Position numbers and translations under genes: made by a program. From Azolla caroliniana (taxonomy: Eukaryota > Plantae > Polypodiophyta), in the NCBI GenBank assembly GCA_043228905.1, contig JBHGNT010001338.1:1-9724 (forward strand): a stretch of 9,724 bases of DNA, read 5' to 3'. Shown in pieces: positions 1 through 7,228 of the stretch (position 1 is the first letter of the stretch; every line of letters starts with the position of its first letter). The notes under the pieces were generated by a model that saw only the letters and a list, made by a program, of their open reading frames with translations, ran no database searches and was not told the origin of the DNA.

Positions 1-118
1 AATACTTTTAACTTTTAAGTTTTCCATTTATTATATAAAAATATTATTTAGTGTAAGCCTCCTTTTTAATGTCAAGTTAAATATCCCATATTTAATGTGA
101 AAGTCTCTTTGTTATATG

Positions 119-132
119 ATATATATATATAT
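119..132 (+). repeat. (AT)7 microsatellite
   Basis: ATATATATATATAT upstream of the YciO-like gene. Confidence 0.8.
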
Positions 133-319
133 TAGAAAGTAAAAAGTAGGAGCTCTTTTTTTTCTTTTTTTTTAACGAATATTGTTTCATGTATTCTTAT
201 GCGTATTCGTATGTATTCGTATGGTAACCTCCACGAATGCGAATATGACTAACAGCTATTGTAATTTGTAATTAGTGCTTTTTACACACATTTATTAATA
301 TAATTGTGTGTTTTCACCA

Positions 320-332
320 AGAGAGAGAGAGA
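320..332 (+). promoter_or_regulatory. GA-repeat (GAGA) element near the probable transcription start, possible BBR/BPC site
   Basis: (GA)6 about 120 nt upstream of the ATG; GA elements are common in plant core promoters; function inferred only. Confidence 0.4.
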
Positions 333-449
333 GGGGTATTCTAGGAATTTTAAAAACCGAGAGACTCTTTCAGAGAAGATGCTCTCTGTTTGATATATAC
401 GCCGTGGCTATGGCGGTGGCCATGGCCATCATCTTCTTCTTCTTCTTCG

Positions 450-671
450 ATGAATGTATCCTCCATGGCGGCCTGCACTGGTCACGCGATGCTTCCACCT
501 CCTTCTCCTCTCTCATTCTCTTTGCGAGATCAGAACCTCCCTCTCCTCTCACGGGTCCCTTCTGCTCAACCCCCCAACCTCCAGAAGAGTAGATGGTCTC
601 TACTTGCTGTGAATTGCGCCGCCAAGCGTAGCCCTAAACGACTAAAATACCACTTCTCCGATACACGTAAG
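450..671 (+). CDS. yciO: YciO-like gene exon 1 (Ser/Pro/Arg-rich transit-peptide-like region plus KRSPKRLKY)
   Basis: In-frame ATGs at 450 and 465; donor AAG|GTAGGT at 671/672, phase 0; few acidic residues, typical of plastid transit peptides. Confidence 0.8.
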
Positions 672-3600
672 GTAGGTTTTATGCACAATTCGATATCTGT
701 TTTCTCTTTTCTATTTCTGTTGAATCAAATTTCGCAGAAATGTAACTGCTACAGAAGTTGTAGCATTGCTGGACAAGGTATGTAGCGAAAGCACTTCTTC
801 CCGCAGTCTGTCAAAATAACTATTATTTTCAGACCTTCATATGTTTAATATGAACTGGTCCTTAACGGATATAAATTCCAGAAAAATCAAGAAGTTTTAA
901 TCTATATAAGCTTCAGAAAACATCTAAATTTTTATGCAATGTAAATTCCATGGAAACCTAAAATTTTCAATGCATATAAACCTCATTACTTTAATCCATA
1001 TAAATCACACAAAATCTAGTTTTTTATGTAGAGAGTCGAGACTGTTGGGATAAGGCAGAGATTTGGAAAATAGTTTTTTATAGTTTTAGCCTGTAAATAG
1101 TACATTCTAAGCTCAGTTCTCATTAGCTCTGGGTTGAATTCTGGTTGATTGAGTTATTTTTTGCTATGGCCTGACAAACTAACTTGACATATAGTCATTG
1201 CAAATATTTGCAAACTTTTTGAAAACTAGGAATTTTGAGTAGCTATTGTAGCTACTGTGATTGCAAAGAGTGGCAACTCCTTCGGAAACTAGGAAATTTA
1301 AGAAGGTATTGTGATTGCAAAGAGAGGTGACTCGTTCACAAAGTAGGAATTTCAGAAATCTATTATGATCACAAAGAATGTAATTTTTTTAAGTGACCGT
1401 GTTTGCAAAAAGTATCTCTTTGACAAAGACCAAAATATGTTAATGGCATGTGCTAGTTTTAGTCCCGACTATATGAATTAACACCATAGCTTACAAACTC
1501 ATAGCTATGCAATGTGTGAAACAACCAAGATTCTTCTTTTAGCACATGCAGCAGATTTGCTAAATGGCCATACATTATTTCTTGTTTGGGGTTGCGGTAA
1601 TTACATTGCACTCATTTTGCATGCATCCATACTCCTGACAGAGTTGCGGAAATGTATTAACAACTGCCATTGATCTGTTCTTCTCATACATTGCAAAATA
1701 TTGTTATCCCTGATAATATCCTCCTTGAAGTGGTGCTATAATTATAGAATGCAACTTTGCGTGAAGGCAGTGAGGGTTATAGTTGGATATGGACTTCACT
1801 GGGTTCTGATCTATGTTTGGCCCATCCTCTTTTGTTGATTTTATATCAAGTAGGATTCTTAATGTTAAGGACAAGCTCATCAATTTGAAATAGAGGGTGG
1901 AAAGAGAATAAGCTTCATGTAGTTATCTATAAAAAGGCTAAATAGTATGTCAAAATGAAAATAAATACTAATCTGGGAAGGGGACTATGATTACAATTGT
2001 TTCCTAACATGGTATTTTATAAGTGTTTGTGATAATCTCGTTGTAGAGAAACTAACATTTTCTAGGATTAAATGTTGCATAATGGCAATTGTTGTCTGAC
2101 ATAATTAATTGACAACGTCATGTTGTTTGGAGTTGACCAGGTTGCCGAACCTGTTTATATTTCTGTAGACAGCCTTGGCTCTGACGTCTGGAAACTTGAT
2201 CAGATAATAGAACTGCTGAAGAATGGAGCTGTTGGAGTCATCCCAACTGACACTGTGTTAGTCTCATTATTCATATTAAAGAGCATCTTTTACAATGAAA
2301 TGTTTTCCTTGCTTTGCAGTATTTACACACGATAAAGATTTCTGCAAATTAACCGATTCATGTAACATGAAATACTTTAAATTTGCTTAGTATTTCTATA
2401 CATAGATTTTCTTGTGTTCGTCTTATAGCTGCCAATCTTTTCTGTTATGTGATTTGTATGAAATAAGGCTTTTATACAACTTGAATCTGGTGATTGGCAG
2501 GTATGCAATTGTTTGTGATCTCAAGGATGCACGTTCAATCGACCGCATATATAGGTTTTTTCTCATTCCAGCAATAAGCTTTGCCTAAGAATTTATTTTC
2601 AAGGAATATATATATATATATTGCACAAGTTAAGAAGGTAGAAGGTGAATGTGAATGATAAAATTCATTACCAATAATGAAGTATGATATGTCATACCAT
2701 TTTCTCCCTCCATGAAAAGGCAAAATAAGTCTTGCTTGATAATCTATCCTTACGAAATGCATATGATGTGAATTTATCAAATTAATATCTTTGTCATAGA
2801 TTGAATCTGCTAGGAAAATGCTCATTACAATGAAAACAAACAAATGGGTCATGGCCTAACCACAATAAATTTCCTAGACGTAGTCTTGCTGGACTGCCTG
2901 CCTCTGAGATGTGAATCTGGACACTGGTAGTCCGCTTCTCAGAGGAGCTGAAACACTTTATGCAGGCAGATCAATTGGGACGAGTAGGCTTAATTTTTAT
3001 GGTTGTCTTCTGGAGAAAGAGAACCAGGCATCTAATTATTAGCACATGATTGTGATTAGTGAGCATGTTTGAGATTGTGGAAATTCATCAAATAGAAAAT
3101 TGGGCTGAACTGTCAAAAGCAAGCTCCTTCCCATGGGTTGTGAACCTGATTTCCGTGGCACATTTGAAATTGCATCTTAGATTGTTATTAACCCAATCAC
3201 ATAGCCATCCAAAATTACTGCTAAGTCCAAGTAAATCTAGGTTTCAGATGATATCTCTATCATACAGTATTATTCTGAAGGGTTCTACTGATATGAGGCT
3301 TTTTTGATGCAGGATCAAGAATATGGATCCTAAAAAGGTAGTATCATCTGGTAACCAATCCATTAAGATTTCAGTAGATTTTGCAGCTGGGCATATTTTT
3401 TTAACTTTTTGAGATTTGTAATGTTCTTGCCTATCAGCCTTTGAGTATACTATGCCGATCATTCCATGATATTGATACCTATACTACTGGATTTCCACGT
3501 GGGAACAATCAAGGTCATACCAATATCTTCCGAGCTGCCCGCCAATGCCTCCCAGGACCAGTATGCAGGCTTTTTGAAACTTGCAATTATTAATTCTGTA

Positions 3601-4652
3601 AACCAAGGAAAATCTAGCAACTGTTGTAATCTTCAATTTGCAGTATACGTTTATACTTCCTGCTAGTAAGGAGATGCCAAAACAATGTTCAGACTTTGGT
3701 GGAAGTGCTCAGAGCTGTGCACCAAGAAAAAGTGTTGGCGTTCGTATGCCAAATGATGTGATATGCCAAGCAATTCTGAAGGAGCTTGATGGGCCTTTGA
3801 TCTGTACAAGGTAAATAAGTAAAATGTTGTCATGACCTCATCATTTTGCACAGGGAATAAAAAATCTTTTTACTGTACAGTGTACGGAGACCAGCTAATG
3901 ATAATTGGTTACTAGATCCAGTCCTTATATTGGACACATATGGTGCCTCAGAAGGGAAAGAGGTAATGAAATGCGTGTATTTGTACCATTTTACGTGTAT
4001 TTCTGTGCCACTGAAGAAACGATTGAAATATAATTTTTTGTGATTTTTTGGTACAGGGTGTAGACTTTGTAGTAGATGGAGGTGTGCGAATTGCAGACCC
4101 ATCCACTGTGGTGGACATGACAGGAACATCTCCAGTGCTATTGAGGCGTGGCAAGGTGGCCTTTTTAACAATTATACTATACTAGCTGTTTGAAAATGCA
4201 TGGTATGACCTTCAGCAGGGTTTGTGTGCAAGAAAATGAAAAGCATTAAAATGGTTGCATTAGTATACTAGCTGTTTGTAATGAATCATGAGATAATTTA
4301 GCTATCCAAGTTAAGAAAATGGGGATTGGATTTTGTCTTGAGTATCCGAGCAAGAACCCATGCATGATGCTATCACCATTAAGATTGGGGACATATTATT
4401 GCAGAAACAAGGTGAAAACAAAGTGACAGTATCTGATAACAGCATGCACCGAGTTGCCAAAATCTTATGAACAAATGATAACAACTTTACAGTTTCTGTC
4501 AGAGCTACTTGGTTACTGGTTACCAAGGCAATCACTTCCTTATCAAAAAAATTAAGGACTGACTAATCAGCTCATGCTGTTGCACACAGTCAACTATTCT
4601 CAAATAAACGGTATGCAAGAATGCTACTAGCAACCTTACAGAACAATCTTAG

Positions 4653-4700
<48 letters not shown>

Positions 4701-5597
4701 AAGAGGGAGAGAGGATATATCAACCTTTAATTAGATAGGCTGTGGCACCAAAATTATTACAATCATAATGTCATATGACCTCTCATCCATAGAAAAAGAA
4801 AAGCACATTGAACTGATATCAGAGTCATAACTAGGATGTAATGTAGTATGTAAATTTTTCAGAGAGAAACCCAGAGAGCCAGAGAGAGGTTATGTTAACA
4901 TATTGAAAGTGGCCAAACTGGTCCTTGCGCTCCAAAAATTCTAGTTGTGATGTCATGTGACATCATATCTATGACAAGAACAACTCAGTGAGCGTAAGCT
5001 GAAATTGAAACTATAAGTAGTGTGATAAGAAAATAGAAAACCTACCACAAATACCAAACAAGAAGTTCAGAGATGTTCTGTGATATAAATTACAGCATAG
5101 CATCCACGGGAGTAGTCATATTATTTGCCTTTACAAAGTTTTCTGGACTTTGGTTGAATGCGGGATGTAAATCATTTATTGTCTCTGCCTTTCATCTCCA
5201 TTCAATTAAGTAGATGGATTGTCTTCAGGTTCCACAGAGAACCTAAGGATGCAAACCAGACTACTTGATATTTTCTCAATTTGTCAAAACTGAGAAGTTC
5301 AGCTGCCAATCTGAGGTTATCGACCTTGAGAACTCTCTCAGTTCTTTGCCTTTGCACCATTTCAAGAATCAGCAGTTTTTTTTACGTTGTTGAGTTTCTT
5401 TGACATGTTTGTGATTTTCTTTCTCTGGTACAATTGTGATTGCTCATGGAGTTAATGCAGTATTGAAATTGTCATGAAGTTAGAAACTGCAATTTATTCT
5501 ATATTTGCTATTTCAGGGAATCGTTGAAGATTGGATGCTTATGGACCTACCTAGCTCTAAACCACCAGATTTTATGAAGACAAACCCATACATGTAA
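450..5597 (+). CDS. yciO: YrdC/Sua5-family (YciO-like; DHBP-synthase/RibB-like fold) protein, probably plastid-targeted; 9 exons: 450(or 465)-671, 2141-2256, 2501-2554, 3313-3337, 3438-3560, 3644-3810, 3881-3962, 4057-4155, 5517-5597
   Basis: Manual splicing with all GT..AG introns gives one open frame: ...AAKRSPKRLKYHFSDTRK|VAEPVYISVDSLGSDVWKLDQIIELLKNGAVGVIPTDTV|YAIVCDLKDARSIDRIYR|IKNMDPKK|PLSILCRSFHDIDTYTTGFPRGNNQGHTNIFRAARQCLPGP|YTFILPASKEMPKQCSDFGGSAQSCAPRKSVGVRMPNDVICQAILKELDGPLICTS|VRRPANDNWLLDPVLILDTYGASEGKE|GVDFVVDGGVRIADPSTVVDMTGTSPVLLRRGK|GIVEDWMLMDLPSSKPPDFMKTNPYM*. Family motifs PTDTVY, LPGPYT, VGVRMP, DxVVDGG, PSTVVD and LLRxGxG are present. The start codon is uncertain. Confidence 0.92.
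869..1030 (+). repeat. Degenerate 35-bp minisatellite in intron 1
   Basis: ATRTAARYYYCA...AAA...TTT..ATSY units start at 869, 904, 939 and 974 (truncated), then 998. Confidence 0.7.
1193..1380 (+). repeat. Degenerate 54-bp tandem repeat in intron 1
   Basis: TGTGATTGCAAAGAG...AAASTAGGAAWTT units at 1193, 1256, 1310 and 1364 (partial). Confidence 0.75.
2141..2256 (+). CDS. yciO: YciO-like gene exon 2 (VAEPV...GVIPTDTV)
   Basis: Acceptor GACCAG| at 2140, donor |GTTAGT at 2257; contains the family PTDT motif. Confidence 0.9.
2501..2554 (+). CDS. yciO: YciO-like gene exon 3 (YAIVCDLKDARSIDRIYR)
   Basis: Acceptor GGCAG|, donor AG|GTTTTT; completes PTDTVY in frame. Confidence 0.88.
2606..2621 (+). 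repeat. (AT)8 microsatellite in intron 3
   Basis: Perfect AT run. Confidence 0.8.
3313..3337 (+). CDS. yciO: YciO-like gene exon 4, 25-nt microexon (R-IKNMDPKK)
   Basis: Acceptor TTTTTGATGCAG|, donor AAG|GTAGTA; needed to restore the frame between exons 3 and 5. Confidence 0.85.
3438..3560 (+). CDS. yciO: YciO-like gene exon 5 (PLSILC...CLPGP)
   Basis: Acceptor CTATCAG|, donor CCA|GTATGC; 41 codons. Confidence 0.9.
3644..3810 (+). CDS. yciO: YciO-like gene exon 6 (YTFILP...VGVRMP...PLICTS)
   Basis: Acceptor TTTGCAG|, donor AG|GTAAAT; family motifs in frame. Confidence 0.92.
3881..3962 (+). CDS. yciO: YciO-like gene exon 7 (VRRPANDNWLLDP...EGKE)
   Basis: Acceptor TGTACAG|, donor GAG|GTAATG; phases match the neighbouring exons. 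Confidence 0.88.
4057..4155 (+). CDS. yciO: YciO-like gene exon 8 (GVDFVVDGG...PSTVVD...LLRRGK)
   Basis: Acceptor GGTACAG|, donor AAG|GTGGCC; 33 codons with hallmark YrdC C-terminal motifs. Confidence 0.92.
4655..4696 (+). repeat. (GA)21 microsatellite in intron 8
   Basis: Perfect GA run followed by an imperfect purine tail to ~4714. Confidence 0.95.
4706..5035 (+). repeat. Old ~175-bp tandem duplication in intron 8
   Basis: Collinear blocks GAGAGAGG(A/T)TAT, CCAAAA, ATGTCAT(A/G)TGAC, AAGAA..CA.TGA and AACTA..GTA.TGT in copies starting at ~4706 and ~4882. Confidence 0.6.
5517..5597 (+). CDS. yciO: YciO-like gene last exon (GIVEDWM...NPYM*)
   Basis: Acceptor TATTTCAG|, completes the RRGK|G motif, TAA at 5595-5597. 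Confidence 0.8.
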   Translation, partial: GIVEDWMLMDLPSSKPPDFMKTNPYM

Positions 5598-6166
5598 TAT
5601 AGGTTGTTAATTTCGAACTTTGTACATGATTCATCTGTAAATTTGTACATTAAGATGATCAGCTATGCGAGATCCCTGTGTAAAATGTACACAAAATTTT
5701 CTGATTCCAAACATATGGAATAAGTAGCTGTATTTTGTACTTCTTTGACCAACATGTTTCTGAGTATCCATGCCCACTCTAAAGGACCTTGTAACAAGAA
5801 GTTCATATGCTGACACATATCACTAGCTACAAAATCTGTGCAAATGTACTGATTGATCTATAAATAAACCAATCATTCTATCCTATTACCTAGGTGATGA
5901 ATCTTTTTAATGAATGTGATGTAACTTATTGCATTTTGGAAAGTTCCCCTTTTTATCTCGAAGATGATCATTTTGGTTCGTTATGTGAACACATTTAATT
6001 GTTTAACATTCATATTGGAGATATACATGTGAAGTGGGAGTGTAAATGGAATGGCTCATTATGTGAACATTTTATTGACCAACATTCATATTGGAAGTAT
6101 ACCTTTGAAGTGTGAATGAACTCATAGTTTATGTAATTCATATCAAAATCCAAGTTGTGATAATAT

Positions 6167-6401
6167 TGTGAAATGCACATAAAAGATCAAAACTAACTCC
6201 TTACTTCTTACTCAATTTATAGTTAGATACAAAGGTGCCCATTTGGGTTGGGTTAGCTAAAATGGGTGTGCTAAAAGGGTGGATCGGCGTAGGTACATGC
6301 ATCCTAAAAAGGGTGTGCTAAAAGGGTGGGTAGGCTTAGGTACGTGCATCCTAAAAAGGGTATGCTAAAAGGGTGGCTCAAAGGAACACATGCACACCAC
6401 A
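6167..6401 (-). repeat. 3' LTR (235 bp) with ~3 copies of a 47-bp G-rich unit
   Basis: TGTGAAATGCACATA...ATGCACACCACA; units start at 6257, 6304 and 6351. Confidence 0.9.
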
Positions 6402-6469
6402 TTTACCCCTTGAGAGAAATAAGGAGGTTTATGATATGGGAAAAGGATGGGGGTCAAAAAATGGGCCTA

Positions 6470-6839
6470 GGGTGGTATAGGGCTTGATGTGGGCAACATG
6501 GGCGGAGGCGAATTGGCCATTGGTATCACGTCGGAGCAAGTACGTAGTGGATCTGATGGCACGAACTACAGTGAAGGAGCCGAATCCCTCGATGCTTCTA
6601 GCGCAGTTGTGCGACTTGTAGGTTTCGAGAGCTGACTTGTCAAAGGGTTGATTCGTGCAGCAACCTCCTGCTTGAGGGTTTTGTTGAGGCGGTCGATGAG
6701 GCCATTGGTTTGAGGATGGTATGGGGACTTAAGCACCTACTAGACACTTAGTTGAGCTGCAACGACGTTGCGGACATCCTCGTGGAACTGGTGACCCTAA
6801 TAAGATAATAGTTGGATGGGGCTAGTGACGGAAAACGAG
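6470..6839 (-). pseudogene. Decayed, internally deleted Ty3/gypsy integrase fragments
   Basis: - strand: LVFRH/(frameshift)SPIQLLSY*GHQF (=LLSDQG), V**VLKSPYHPQTNGLIDRLNKTLKQ, RNLQVAQLR*KH, and GSFTVVRAIRSTTYLL...AHVAHIKPY (GPY/F module). Confidence 0.85.
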
Positions 6840-7020
6840 CTAGCAATTAGTGGATAGAGATCAATCCCTCCTGTGGACTGAGGGCCACTTGGACTTGGCT
6901 GAGGTGGGGAACAGGAGGGCTATCATGTCGAAGGGGGATCGGGGAAACTCATGGGACAAGAAGTTAGTGGGCAACCTAAGGTGAGGGGGAAGACGTGGGT
7001 GCTTGGATGTGGGGGACTAG

Positions 7021-7038
7021 TACCCCCCATCTCCACCA
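7021..7038 (-). promoter_or_regulatory. Primer-binding site complementary to the tRNA-Ala 3' end
   Basis: - strand TGGTGGAGATGGGGGGTA, 3 nt inside the 5' LTR; the + strand TACCCCCCATCTCCACCA matches the recalled plant cytosolic tRNA-Ala 3' end TACCCCGCATCTCCACCA at 17/18. Confidence 0.8.
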
Positions 7039-7041
7039 ATA

Positions 7042-7228
7042 TGTGAAATGCACATAAGAGATCAAAACCAACCTAGTTAGCTTCTTACTTCTTACTCAAT
7101 TTATAGTTCATACAAAGATACCCATTTGGGTTAAAAAGGGTGTGCTAAAAGGGTGGGTCGGTTTAGGTACATGCATCCTAAAATGGGTATGCTAAAAGGG
7201 TGGCACAAAGGAACACATGCACACCACA
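7042..7228 (-). repeat. 5' LTR (187 bp) with ~2 copies of the 47-bp unit
   Basis: Same termini as 6167-6401; 5 mismatches over the last 96 aligned nt. Confidence 0.9.

Larger units (their letters stand above)
6167..7228 (-). mobile_element. Non-autonomous miniature Ty3/gypsy-derived LTR retrotransposon (TRIM-like, 1062 bp)
   Basis: Direct repeats 6167-6401 and 7042-7228, both TGTG...CACA; ATAT on both flanks (6163-6166, 7229-7232); PBS at 7021-7038; purine tract AAGGGGTAAA (- strand, 6402-6411); integrase remnants inside. Confidence 0.92.

Noticed and set aside
175-246. GTATTCGTAT short repeats with inverted ACGAAT/CGAATA copies upstream of the gene
   Set aside because: Short and imperfect; could be a TE end or promoter motif but cannot be assigned.
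370-552. Antisense ORF of 60 aa with a poly-Lys stretch
   Set aside because: Mirror of the (TCT)n tract and exon 1; no independent coding evidence.
2890-2970. TPP riboswitch or hammerhead ribozyme (CTGAGA, GAAAC motifs)
   Set aside because: Remaining conserved core elements are absent or in the wrong order.
2535-3307. ORFs 2535..2852 (-) and 3059..3307 (+)
   Set aside because: Intronic, AT-biased composition, no recognisable motifs.
3244-4171. ORFs 3244..3462, 3466..3666, 3663..3851, 3830..4171 and 3948..4154
   Set aside because: Antisense or off-frame shadows of exons 4-8 of the YciO-like gene.
4311-4540. Coding-looking stretch in intron 8 (ORF 4311..4535 on -, stop-interrupted frame on +) with a small CTTGGT..ACCAAG hairpin
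   Set aside because: No family motif recognised; may be a TE relic but needs BLASTX to support.
672-5516. U12-type introns
   Set aside because: No donor matches GTATCCTT/ATATCCTT; all are ordinary U2 GT-AG.
6257-6400. 47-bp repeats (and the 54-bp intronic repeats) as a CRISPR-like array
   Set aside because: Eukaryotic context, no unique spacers, no cas genes; explained as LTR-internal and intronic tandem repeats.
7021-7038. tRNA-Ala gene
   Set aside because: Only the 3'-terminal 18 nt including CCA match and there is no cloverleaf upstream; it is a PBS.
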